This document shows, piece after piece, positions 27,698 to 37,597 of a stretch of 64,000 bases of DNA; position 1 is the stretch's first letter, and every line of letters starts with the position of its first letter. The stretch spans positions 2,688,001 to 2,752,000 of the forward strand of contig OZ220741.1 in assembly GCA_965116885.1 (NCBI GenBank), written 5' to 3'. Below the pieces are notes generated by a model that was not told the origin of the DNA, made no database searches, and saw only the letters and a list, made by a program, of their open reading frames with translations. The stretch comes from Candidatus Latescibacterota bacterium (GTDB taxonomy: Bacteria > Latescibacterota > UBA2968). Position numbers and translations under genes: made by a program.

Positions 27698-29191
27698 ATG
27701 TTTCAGAGCAGACCCCATATCATTTTTATCATTACCGATCAGCAGCGTTTTGATACCATTCAGGCTTGGGGATATGATTATATGGTTACGCCCACGCTGG
27801 ATCGGCTCGCGCGTGAGAGTGTGTCTTTTCGGCAGGCGTATTGTCCCGGTGCGACGTGTGTGGCCTCGCGGGCGGCGATTTTTACGGGTATGTATCCGCA
27901 TACGACGGGCGTTTATAGTTTTGATCACTGGGCAAATCACCGGAACTGGGTGCAGGATTTATCGGATGCGGGCTACTATTGCGTGAATATTGGCAAGATG
28001 CACTTGACTCCGCGCGATGTTCCGGGCGGATTTCACGAGCGCGTTATTGTGGAAAATCCCACCAATAAGGCACTGGACGGTGGCGGGGCAGATGACGATT
28101 GGGGCAGGTACATGACGTTTCACGATGTGAAGCGTCCCAATGATCGCAATAAGGCAGATCCCGAGTGGCTCAGTAAGTGTCAGGGGGTTGTGTGGCACGA
28201 GGAGGAGCGCTTTCACAGCGATGTGTTTATCGGAAATTCTGCGTTGAACTGGATTCACAATCATCAGGGCGATAAACCGCTGTTTCTGCAGATCGGTTTT
28301 ACGGGACCTCATGAGCCATGGGATCCTTTGCCGCGTCATCTGGATTTGTATCGCGATCGGGATATGCCGCCGTGTGTGAAGCGGGATGGGGAGTTGGAGG
28401 ATAAGCCACCGCAACATGCGGCGCATCTGGATATGCACGCGACGACTGATCACGAGTCGCAAATCGATTTGCGCGGGCGTACAGATGATGAACTCGCACA
28501 GATGAAGCGGCATTATTACGGGAATATTTCGACGGTTGATGAAAAGCTGGGCGAGATTATGGATGCCCTGCAAGAGCGGGGGTGGTTGGAGAATAGTTTG
28601 TTGGTTTTTTGTTCGGATCACGGCGAGATGCTGGGCGATCACGGGTTGGCGTATAAGTGGTTGATGTACGATCCGATTGTGCATATTCCGCTGATGATTC
28701 GCACGCCGCAGTCTGTTGATCGTCCAGGCGAAACGCGCGATCTGGTTTCGCTTATGGATCTGGGTCCTACGATTCTGAAGGCTGCGGGGGTAGCTGTTCC
28801 GACCTATTTGGAGGGGCGTTCTTTGATGCCGTATTTGAATGGGGAGACGCCCGTGCCTCGAAAATACGTTTTTTGCGAGGATAATTATCAGATTATGATG
28901 CGGTCACAGACCCATAAGATGGTGTATTATATCGGGCAATCAGAAGGCGAGTTGTACGATTTAAACCGCGATCCCGGAGAGTTGTGGAATGTTTGGGATA
29001 GGTCTGAATACGCCGGTGTGAAAGGCGAGATGTTTGCGGATTTGCTCAGTTGGATGGCGACGAGCAATTATTACAATGCCGGATACAAGCGCCAGCGCAG
29101 CAAGCAATACGGCATGCGATGGCCCTCGGAAAACGACGCGTATTTGCACGGGCGCAAAGGACAACCAAAACCCCGAGTTGTCGATTTGTAG
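27698..29191 (+). CDS. Cys-type sulfatase with C-x-A-x-R variant motif
   Basis: RPHIIFIITDQQR, CVASRAAIFTG, GKMH, SDHGEMLGDHG. Confidence 0.9.
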   Translation: MFQSRPHIIFIITDQQRFDTIQAWGYDYMVTPTLDRLARESVSFRQAYCPGATCVASRAAIFTGMYPHTTGVYSFDHWANHRNWVQDLSDAGYYCVNIGKMHLTPRDVPGGFHERVIVENPTNKALDGGGADDDWGRYMTFHDVKRPNDRNKADPEWLSKCQGVVWHEEERFHSDVFIGNSALNWIHNHQGDKPLFLQIGFTGPHEPWDPLPRHLDLYRDRDMPPCVKRDGELEDKPPQHAAHLDMHATTDHESQIDLRGRTDDELAQMKRHYYGNISTVDEKLGEIMDALQERGWLENSLLVFCSDHGEMLGDHGLAYKWLMYDPIVHIPLMIRTPQSVDRPGETRDLVSLMDLGPTILKAAGVAVPTYLEGRSLMPYLNGETPVPRKYVFCEDNYQIMMRSQTHKMVYYIGQSEGELYDLNRDPGELWNVWDRSEYAGVKGEMFADLLSWMATSNYYNAGYKRQRSKQYGMRWPSENDAYLHGRKGQPKPRVVDL

Positions 29192-29227
29192 AGGGTGATA
29201 TATATCTGGATATATGGGTCATGTCTG

Positions 29228-30850
29228 TCAAAACTCGTCCAACCGCTTCCGGAGTCTTGCTGTTTCAAGTGTGTTCTCTGATGCGACGGATGACGGCATC
29301 ATATCTAAAATTTGACGTGCTTTTTTCGGTTGGTTTCTGTCGAGTAAGGCCGCCGCATACACCAGGTATGGCTGGGCGGTTTCGGCTTTCACGGGCTGAG
29401 AATCAAACTGCGTAAGAACGTGTTCCGCTGTTGCGAGGTCATCCAGCGTTATCAGATAGTCTATGAGTTGGCTTGCCAATGCGCCCGATCCCGGCTGGGC
29501 ATCAAAGGCTCTTTTCAAGTGTGAAAGTGCCGCGTCACGCTCGCCTGTTGACCACAGCAACGCACTTTCTCTCAAAGCATGAATTACCTTGTAACGCGGA
29601 TGAGCAGGCAGGATAACGCGAAAATACGTCCGCCCTTCATCGTAGTCGAATAGCGGTTCTGGAGACCCATTTTCTGCCATTCGACGGCGAATTTTGGGCA
29701 GTCCTGTTCCCCGGCCCTCGGCCAGTCTCAATTCTTTCAAAAACTCACCTATTCGGCGATTTCGCGCAGGTACAGGAGGTACAACACCATCCCGAACGAG
29801 ATGATGTGCCTCAATGCCTTGAAGCGGTCCTGGATAACTGATTATCTCTATGCGATCCGGGTATAGATATATCTTCGTGGGTTCGCGCAGGTTGTCATAA
29901 GAACGATGATATACGGCGTTGACGACCGCTTCCTCCATCGCTTCGTAGGGATATGTGACTGCGCGATCTACTTCGGCCTCTCGCGGTCGTTTTTTTAACA
30001 TAACGTCTGTGAGTGAATTGAGGTGGTCTAAAGTGAGTTTGATCTGTTCGTTGAGCGGTCCAGTAATTATTCTCTCTTCAATTAAATCGCCTCCCGTATC
30101 GTCACCAAACTGCACAATCTCGATTCTCGCACCGTCAAAGAAACTGTCCGGGGTCTCATTGAAGAACAGGATGGCTGCGTTGCGCGGCGCGTAGTGGTCA
30201 TTGAGGCGGACGACGATTCGCATCCGCTGATAGAGGTCGATATCTGCGACATTTGTTCCGGTCTGTATCAAGTCGCTTCGTACATCCGAAAGAAATCGGC
30301 GGACCAACATAGGAGATATGTCCTCGACTTTGGCGACCAGACTACGCCGGTCATCGAATGGTATCCGTGCTGTTTGCTCTATGAGTTGGGTTCGTATTTC
30401 ACCCCTCGCTTCGACAGTGCTGGAGCCTTGCCGCACGTAGTATTCCCGTTCGCCACTGCGTCCGCGTTTTGGAGCTTGATAGGGCCGATTATCGCCGCCG
30501 GGTGCCCAAATAATCAGTATCGTCTCACCGCGGTATGTTTCGGGGAATACGAGTGGCTGGTACATGGGATCAATGCGATTACACTGTCCGTATATCTCTC
30601 TTTGGATATGATCGAGATCGAGATGACCGAGACCACGCGGGGGCAATATAGGGAGGCCCTGTTCATCTGTGTCGATACCCAGGATAACATACCCGCCGTT
30701 TAGATTTAGCAAGTCATTCGCAAATGCACACACGCTCCGAACAACCGATTCCTTTACGGCGTCATTCCAGGTCGCTTTGAACTCTCTGCGGTTGTCTTCA
30801 ACCGATCTGGCGTGGATCAGATTATCAATATTGATTGGCACACCTTGCAT
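29228..30850 (-). CDS. AlbA_2 (Schlafen-like) domain + HATPase_c_4 (RecG-C-like) domain + helical TPR-like tail
   Basis: REFKATW, VCAFAN...GGYVILGI, YPYEAMEEAVVNAVYHRSY, RNRRIGEFLKEL, EGRGTG. Start placed at MQGVP (30850). Confidence 0.8.
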   Translation of the reverse strand: MQGVPINIDNLIHARSVEDNRREFKATWNDAVKESVVRSVCAFANDLLNLNGGYVILGIDTDEQGLPILPPRGLGHLDLDHIQREIYGQCNRIDPMYQPLVFPETYRGETILIIWAPGGDNRPYQAPKRGRSGEREYYVRQGSSTVEARGEIRTQLIEQTARIPFDDRRSLVAKVEDISPMLVRRFLSDVRSDLIQTGTNVADIDLYQRMRIVVRLNDHYAPRNAAILFFNETPDSFFDGARIEIVQFGDDTGGDLIEERIITGPLNEQIKLTLDHLNSLTDVMLKKRPREAEVDRAVTYPYEAMEEAVVNAVYHRSYDNLREPTKIYLYPDRIEIISYPGPLQGIEAHHLVRDGVVPPVPARNRRIGEFLKELRLAEGRGTGLPKIRRRMAENGSPEPLFDYDEGRTYFRVILPAHPRYKVIHALRESALLWSTGERDAALSHLKRAFDAQPGSGALASQLIDYLITLDDLATAEHVLTQFDSQPVKAETAQPYLVYAAALLDRNQPKKARQILDMMPSSVASENTLETARLRKRLDEF

Positions 30851-30968
30851 GGGGGCCTTACCGATCTGTGATACTGCGAGTAGTTTTGCGAAGGCGAACG
30901 CTTGTCGTGAACAAAAATATGCGATCACAGCAAAAAGTCAAAGACAGAACCAGAACCCTAAATGATGT

Positions 30969-32165
30969 TTACACAGAAACGACTTGTCTCGCATCTTCGA
31001 TTTCGGCGTCGAGATTGCCCGACAGGTCGTTGTTGTTGAGGTGGATGCGGTCGGCTTTTTCTCCGATGTGAACACCTATGCGTTGTGTTGCTGTTTTGTC
31101 ATTGCCAATGCGATTATTTGTGAAGGTGAGGTCGTGGGTTTCGCCCAGGATGCGTATGCCGTAGCCTTTGTTTTTGTCGCCGTTGTCGAGGATCTGATTG
31201 TTCTCAAAGGTGTTTCGGTGCCCGCCCATGGGTTCGGATTCATTGCGGAAGAGGATGCCTTCACAGCCGTTGCGCAGTGATCGGTTGTTGGAAAACACGT
31301 TGTCGGTGTCTTTGTGACCAATGGAGATGCCCGTGTCGCCATTGCCGATGAGGTCGTTATTTTCAAAGACGCCGTGTTTTACGCGCCAGCACAGGAAGAG
31401 GCCAATGCGGCCGTTGTTTTCCGAGCGGCAGTTGCGGATGATGGGATGCTGACTGCCACTGCCCGGGTGCAGACCCAGGTGGGTATTGCCCGTGCAGGTG
31501 CAGTTTTCGACTGTGACATGCTGGCTTTGCTGGAAGCTGATGCCATCGCCGTGATAATTTTTGATCGCGCAGTTTTGTATCGCTGTATGATGCCCGCGGT
31601 AGAGGAATATGCCGGCGCCGCGGCAACCGTTGAGGTGCGGATTGTTTTCGCGGTTGCCATCTACAGTCAGATTTTCGACCCGGGCATTTTCGATGTGGTA
31701 GCCGCTGATGACCGGGAAGGTGGTTGCAGCGCGCGCATTGCGAGAGACGAGGTAATCGCCTCCCATGGGCACATTGACGCCAAAGGTGTTGTCCTTTTGC
31801 CAGAGGATGGTGCCGACGGCGGTGTGAAATCCACCGCCATGATCGTCTGTGATACTGACGCCATAGCCCACTTTGAATCCATCGGGATTTTCAAGGGTGA
31901 TCTGTTCTTCGCCAAAATCTCCGTCGAGGAGAAGTGGGGTCTCAACGCCGTCTGCCTTCCGCAATGTGGTATTTTCTCCCTGTCCTCTGACTGTGATATT
32001 GCTGCGAAGATGCAATGCGTCGCGCATGATGTACGTGCCGGATAGAATTTCAACCGTGCCTCCGCCGAGTGCGGCGATGTAATCGACTGCTGCTTGCAAA
32101 GCGCGGTTGTCATTGCCGATGATGTCGGCGTTTTTTTGTCCGACGGTGATGTGTAAGCCAGTCAT
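30969..32165 (-). CDS. Right-handed parallel beta-helix protein (pectin lyase-like fold)
   Basis: ALQAAVD...GGTVEILSGTY and repeated Asn-rich NC/NN/GI rungs. Confidence 0.8.
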   Translation of the reverse strand: MTGLHITVGQKNADIIGNDNRALQAAVDYIAALGGGTVEILSGTYIMRDALHLRSNITVRGQGENTTLRKADGVETPLLLDGDFGEEQITLENPDGFKVGYGVSITDDHGGGFHTAVGTILWQKDNTFGVNVPMGGDYLVSRNARAATTFPVISGYHIENARVENLTVDGNRENNPHLNGCRGAGIFLYRGHHTAIQNCAIKNYHGDGISFQQSQHVTVENCTCTGNTHLGLHPGSGSQHPIIRNCRSENNGRIGLFLCWRVKHGVFENNDLIGNGDTGISIGHKDTDNVFSNNRSLRNGCEGILFRNESEPMGGHRNTFENNQILDNGDKNKGYGIRILGETHDLTFTNNRIGNDKTATQRIGVHIGEKADRIHLNNNDLSGNLDAEIEDARQVVSV

Positions 32166-32180
32166 GAGAATCTCCGTGGA

Positions 32181-33223
32181 TTAATCGATGCGAATTTCCC
32201 GTCCGGTTTCGCCGCTTTCGAGCACGGCTTCCATCATTTGTTGTACTTGATATCCGTGGCGCAGGGGGCTTCGCAGGTTTTGCCGTCGAGGATGCAGTCG
32301 ATAAAGTGCCCCGCAATGCGGTCCCATGCCTGGGTTGCAAGCGGGATATCGACGGCGATGTCGTGTGGGACGCCGTCCTGTGTTTTGTAGATTTTGAGTG
32401 GGCGGAATTGCGCGCCTGCTTCGTCGCCAAAGAGTTCGATCTGGAGTTCGTTGGGCTGGTGCGATGCCCAGAAGCTTTCGACCTGGAGACCCGCGCCGTT
32501 TTCAAAGCGGATGAATCCGCCGGCATAGTCGTCTGCGGCGTATTGTTCGTAGGTGCTGCGCGGGACTTGTCTAAAGCCCCAATAGCCGCGTCCGCGCGGT
32601 CCAAATTTTGCGCCACACACGCCTGTGACGGTGGTGGGTTTGGGCATGCCGAGCAAGTACCACACGGCGTCGAGGACGTGGACGCCCATGTCGCGGAATG
32701 CGCCGCCGCCTTTTTGGATGAATCCGAGGTTCCACGCGGGGATGCCGCTGCGGCGCACGCTGCGGGCGCGGGCGTAGTAGAGGTCGCCAAAATAGCCTTC
32801 GCGCGCGAGTTTTCCGAGGTATTGGCACTGGTCGGAAAATCGGGTGGAGAGCGACATCATGTTGACGACGCCAGATGCTTCGGCGGCTTCGACGAGTTTT
32901 TGCGCTGCCTCCTCAGAGTCCGAGAGCGGTTTGGTGACCATGACGTGTTTGTCGTTTTTGACGGCTTCGAGTGCGATGGGTACATGCCACTGGTTTGGGG
33001 TGCCTACGAATACCGCGTCGATGTCGGGGGCTTTGCACATTTCTTTGTAATCGGTGTAGAATTTTTGTTCGCCGGGCAGTTCGCTGGCAAATTCTTCCAT
33101 TCTTTCGGGGATCAGGTCGCATAGTGCGACGACTTCGCCGCGATCATTTTTCGCAAGGGCGCGGCCATTGGGTTTTCCAATGCCCATACCGACGACGCAT
33201 ACGCGGACTTTTTTTTCTGGCAT
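32181..33223 (-). CDS. Gfo/Idh/MocA oxidoreductase; apparent frameshift at G5 run 32264-32268
   Basis: VCVVGMGIG, KHVMVTKP, DMGVH. Adding one C restores the family-typical end APLRHGYQVQQMMEAVLESGETGREIRID with a stop at 32181. Confidence 0.88.
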
Positions 33224-33328
33224 GATGCACTCCTGTTGTTAAATTGGGTTGGTTGTGAAAATGCGCCCTGTATTATGCGAAAAAAATAGGGATTTACCAA
33301 CAGGATTTCACGGAAAGGATATGGTGTT

Positions 33329-34453
33329 ATGCTCACTCTGGAAGGTTGTCGCAATCGGCAGCAGCGATTTCGAGCGCGTCTCTCTGAGGAGGGGATCGAT
33401 GCGGTTATTATTTCAGACTATCGGGATATTTATTATTTGACAGGCGCTCTTCTGTCGGCGTATCCATCGTTTTCTTTTCCCGCGCTTTTGTATTTGGAGA
33501 CCGATGGGGGATCGTGGCTGGCGTCAACGACCGATGAAGGGGATGCGGCTGTGGATGAGCGCGTGGTGTACGATTCGCATGTGCTCTATACGATGAATCC
33601 CGATCCGATGCGCTTGCTGAATGCGGCTGTGGCGCAGAAGCTTCGCGATTGTAGGGGTATTTCTCGTTTGGGCTGGCAGCAGGAAGCCACGCCCAAATTA
33701 CTCGCCGATACGGTGGCAGATGCTCTGGGTGGCGAATGGGTGGGGATAGACGATTTGCTGATTGCACAGCAGATGAGAAAGGATGCCGATGAAGTCGCGA
33801 TGTTGCAAAAGGCGATTGATATTAATCTACGGGCTTATGACCGCGTGCAAGAGGTGATTGCGCCGGGTGTAAATGAGCTGGATGTGCTCGCGGCGGGTCA
33901 GCAGGTCGCGCTGAATGCAGCGGGTGAAGTGCTGCACCACGGGGGCGATTATCAATGTGGGCAATTGGGCGGGCTGGCCAGAAATAGGATTATTGAAGAT
34001 GGGGAGTTGTATGTTATTGACGCGCAGACAGAATATCACGGGTACTGGTCCGATTTGTGCCGCACTTTTGCCGTGGGCGATCCCACGGATTTACAGGCGT
34101 CGGTGTACGATCTTTTGAAAGCTATTTTAGAGGATGTTCCCAATCTAGTAGGGCCTGGTGGACGGGGTACCGCACTGTGGCACGCGATTGATGAGGGGAT
34201 CCGCGAGCATCCCCATTTGTCTGACATTGGGCTGATTCATCACGCGGGACACGGCGTGGGGATTCGCGCACACGAACCGCCCGATTTGAACCGGGACCGA
34301 GAGGGTATTTTTGAGGTGGGCACGGTCTTTTCTTGTGAACCGGGTGCGTATAGCGAGGCATTGAACGGGGGCATTCGGTTGGAGAATACGTTTTTGGTGA
34401 CAGAAGATGGGGTGCAGAATTTGACGGATTATCCGCTGGTGTTGAAGAAGTGA
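33329..34453 (+). CDS. M24 family (Xaa-Pro) metallopeptidase
   Basis: IDAQ, GYWSDLCRT, GHGVG-x-x-AHE, EPGAY, GIRLEN. Confidence 0.9.
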   Translation: MLTLEGCRNRQQRFRARLSEEGIDAVIISDYRDIYYLTGALLSAYPSFSFPALLYLETDGGSWLASTTDEGDAAVDERVVYDSHVLYTMNPDPMRLLNAAVAQKLRDCRGISRLGWQQEATPKLLADTVADALGGEWVGIDDLLIAQQMRKDADEVAMLQKAIDINLRAYDRVQEVIAPGVNELDVLAAGQQVALNAAGEVLHHGGDYQCGQLGGLARNRIIEDGELYVIDAQTEYHGYWSDLCRTFAVGDPTDLQASVYDLLKAILEDVPNLVGPGGRGTALWHAIDEGIREHPHLSDIGLIHHAGHGVGIRAHEPPDLNRDREGIFEVGTVFSCEPGAYSEALNGGIRLENTFLVTEDGVQNLTDYPLVLKK

Positions 34454-34540
34454 GATGTGTGAAGTGAGAAGTGTAAAAATTAAGTCGTAGGAGCGGCATC
34501 CCTGTCGCGATTGTGTAAAGTGGGAAGTCCACTCAAGCCC

Positions 34541-35530
34541 TCAGAGTGCGATTGCGTTACCCGTATCGGCTGCTTCGCGTGCACGCAAGCATAGGCGTGT
34601 GACTTTTATGGCTTCGTCTGGCCCGATGATGTGGGGTGCTTTGCCCGTGCGTTCACCGTGGAGGTTGACGAGGAAATTCTCTTCGGGTGGCAGGGACAGG
34701 TCGCGTGGTGCTTCGTCCGAGCGAATCAGATGCGTGCGGTCGTCGATGACTTCTATGACGCCTTCTGATCCGGCGATTCGGAGGCGGTCGTCGCCGTGGG
34801 TGGGTGCTGTTGAGGGGCGCAAATAATCGAGGTTGATCATTGCCGTGCCGCCATTGTTCAGGCGGAAGAGCATGCCGCCGTGGTCTTCGCAGCCAGGGTA
34901 GTCGGGATGGGCGAGGTTGCCGTGAAGTGCGGCGACTTGTGTGTATTCACGTCCGGTTGTCCAGCGCGTGTAATCGACAGCGTGGATTGCGACCCAGGGG
35001 ATTGTGCCGCCGTAAGTTTCTCGTTGTTTGAAAAAGTCCGGGCGCGTGCCAAAGCGATAGGATTTTTGCGCGGTTGCCAGAATGGGTTCGCCGATGAGGC
35101 CGTCTTGAACTGCCTGGTGTGCTGCGCGAAATGCGGGGGATAGTCTCAGGCCAAACATGGCGGTGAGGCGAATTCCGCTGTTTTTGACCGCTGTTTCAAG
35201 GGTGTCGAGATCTTTCAGGGTGGTTGCAACGGGTTTTTCACTGACGATGTCGATTCCGCGATTTGCTGCGGCTATTGAGGCTTCGGCGTTAAGGGAATAC
35301 GGACGACAGATGCTGACGAGATCGATTTCTTCGGTGTCGAGCATGTGGCGATAGTCGTCATACAGGCGGGTGTGCGCGGTGAATGCGGTGTGTGCTTTGA
35401 CTTTGGCGAGGGGGTCGGCGGGATGCCCTTTGGCACAGGCGATGAGTTGTGCGTCGGGGATGTGCGCGATGCCGTCGAGTACCATGTTCTGATGTCCATC
35501 GCTGCCGATTTGTGCGATTTTGAGTGGCAT
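34541..35530 (-). CDS. Gfo/Idh/MocA family oxidoreductase
   Basis: IVSEKP, GLIGEP, YGGTIPWVAIHAVD, GSEGVIE. Confidence 0.85.
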   Translation of the reverse strand: MPLKIAQIGSDGHQNMVLDGIAHIPDAQLIACAKGHPADPLAKVKAHTAFTAHTRLYDDYRHMLDTEEIDLVSICRPYSLNAEASIAAANRGIDIVSEKPVATTLKDLDTLETAVKNSGIRLTAMFGLRLSPAFRAAHQAVQDGLIGEPILATAQKSYRFGTRPDFFKQRETYGGTIPWVAIHAVDYTRWTTGREYTQVAALHGNLAHPDYPGCEDHGGMLFRLNNGGTAMINLDYLRPSTAPTHGDDRLRIAGSEGVIEVIDDRTHLIRSDEAPRDLSLPPEENFLVNLHGERTGKAPHIIGPDEAIKVTRLCLRAREAADTGNAIAL

Positions 35531-35589
35531 GGTGTTCTTGCTCCTGTTGTTGAGATTTGGAATGATGGCTTTAATTAACGGAGGAATAA

Positions 35590-37509
35590 ATGCTTTCGCA
35601 AAAGTATTCGGAAGACGTGTTAAAAGATATTTTGATTTCGCGGGATGATTGGCGGCCTTTTCCCACGGCGCTGATGCGCTATGCGTGGGATGCGTTGCCA
35701 GACGCGGTGCGGCAGGCGCAAATTGCGCGGGGGGAAGAACGCTTGAATTTTGAATGGCCCGGTGTGCCTGCGGTGCGGTTTTTGGATTATGCGCGCAATG
35801 GGAATCGCTCGCGGTACGAGAGCTTGAGTTTTGGGCGGCGCACGGCGCTGTCCAATCTGGTTCTGGCAGAGTGCGTGGAGGGTAAAGGCCGATTTTTGGA
35901 TGATATTACCAATGGTATCTGGTGTATTTGCGAGGAGTCTTTTTGGGGCGTGCCCGCGCATATTGGCGTGCAAAAGGCGGGTAGTGGGCTGCCGGATACG
36001 GCTGAGCCGATTGTCGATTTGTTTGCCGCAGAGACGTCGGAATTGCTGGCGTGGACGGTGTATTTGCTGGGCGCGCAACTCGACGCGGTTTCGCCTTTGA
36101 TTGTGCCGCGCATTGCGCGTGAGATGCAATATCGGATTTTGACGCCTTTGTTGGAGCGCGAAGATTTTGGGTGGATGGGGTATTCGGGTGCGCGCGTGAA
36201 CAATTGGAATCCGTGGATTGTGTCGAATTGGTTGACTTCTACTTTGTTGATGGAGACCGATGACGCGCGGCGGGTTGCGTCGGTGTTTAAGGCGATGCAG
36301 ACGGTGGATCATTTTATCGATCCGTATCCAGAGGATGGAGGATGTGACGAGGGGCCGGGCTATTGGGGGCGTGCGGGGGCATCGCTTTACGATTGTTTGG
36401 AGTGGCTTTACAGTGCAACGGGTGGGGCGATTGATGTGTACGATGAGCCGCTCGTTCAGAATATTGGCAAGTTTATCTATCGGGTACAAATTGCGGATCG
36501 ATATTTTATCAATTTTGCCGATGCGTCGCCTGTGGTGATGCCGGCTTTTGCGGTTGTTTATGGCTATGGCAAGCGCATTGGGGATGACGCGATGGTGGCT
36601 CTCGGCGCGTGGTCTGCAAGACAACAGGGCGTTGCCGAGAAGGGTATTTCGGAGTCTTTTGGGAGCATGGGTCGGGCTTTGCCCGCGCTGTTTTCACTGA
36701 ATGAGATTCTCGATGCAGATGCTGCGCCGCCGTTGCCGCGCGATGTATTTTTGGATGAGATTGAGGTGTTTGTCGCACGCGATCAAGGGGGATCGACAGA
36801 TGGATTTTTTGTGGGGGCAAAGGGCGGGCACAATGCCGAGAGTCACAATCACAATGATATCGGGCATGTGGTGGTCTATTTGGATGGCAAACCCGTGCTC
36901 GTGGATGCGGGGGTCGAGACTTATACGGCTAAGACATTTAGCAGTACGCGGTATGATATTTGGACGATGCAATCCCAATATCACACGTTGCCGACGGTGA
37001 ACGGACAGATGCAGATTCCCGGGCGGGTTTATTCCGAGGCGGGGATTGATTATCACTACGATATTGCGGCTCGGGATGTGTCGTATGTGGCGAGTGAGGC
37101 AGATGCGACGTTTACTCTGGATCTGGCGCAGGCCTATCCGCCAGAGGCTCAGATTGATTCCTGGATGAGGACGGTTGTTTTGCGTCGCGGCGAGGGTGTG
37201 ACGATTGCAGATCGATATGCGTTGAAAGCCGTGACGGGTGATGTTGTGATGAATGTGTTGACGGCGTGTGGCGTTGAGGATTGTGGCGATGGCACAATCG
37301 CATTGAACGAGGCAGAGTTGGCGGATGGTCGCGTGTCTGGCGCGGCGCATTTGCACTACGAGGCGGATGTGTTTGACGTGGCGATTGAGGATATTGCGAT
37401 TGAAGACGCGCGATTGAAGACTGTTTGGGGCGATTTGTTGCGAAGAATCACGCTGACGGTTAAGGATCCCGAGCCACAGGGCGGGTGGACGATTCGGGTG
37501 ACGCGGTAG
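35590..37509 (+). CDS. Heparinase II/III-family protein (polysaccharide lyase-like)
   Basis: NNWNPWI, DGGCDEGPGYW, NFADA, KGGHNAESHNHNDIG, LVDAGVETY. Confidence 0.85.
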   Translation: MLSQKYSEDVLKDILISRDDWRPFPTALMRYAWDALPDAVRQAQIARGEERLNFEWPGVPAVRFLDYARNGNRSRYESLSFGRRTALSNLVLAECVEGKGRFLDDITNGIWCICEESFWGVPAHIGVQKAGSGLPDTAEPIVDLFAAETSELLAWTVYLLGAQLDAVSPLIVPRIAREMQYRILTPLLEREDFGWMGYSGARVNNWNPWIVSNWLTSTLLMETDDARRVASVFKAMQTVDHFIDPYPEDGGCDEGPGYWGRAGASLYDCLEWLYSATGGAIDVYDEPLVQNIGKFIYRVQIADRYFINFADASPVVMPAFAVVYGYGKRIGDDAMVALGAWSARQQGVAEKGISESFGSMGRALPALFSLNEILDADAAPPLPRDVFLDEIEVFVARDQGGSTDGFFVGAKGGHNAESHNHNDIGHVVVYLDGKPVLVDAGVETYTAKTFSSTRYDIWTMQSQYHTLPTVNGQMQIPGRVYSEAGIDYHYDIAARDVSYVASEADATFTLDLAQAYPPEAQIDSWMRTVVLRRGEGVTIADRYALKAVTGDVVMNVLTACGVEDCGDGTIALNEAELADGRVSGAAHLHYEADVFDVAIEDIAIEDARLKTVWGDLLRRITLTVKDPEPQGGWTIRVTR

Positions 37510-37557
37510 GGCGAATAGACGGAGCGGGGTACAACTGGCCGTCTCTCAGGCCAAAAT

Positions 37558-37597
37558 AAAAAAGGAGCAATGTCATAGGGGCTTGCTCCTTTTTTTA
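37558..37597. terminator. Bidirectional terminator between convergent genes
   Basis: AAAAAAGGAGCAA...TTGCTCCTTTTTT. Confidence 0.65.
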
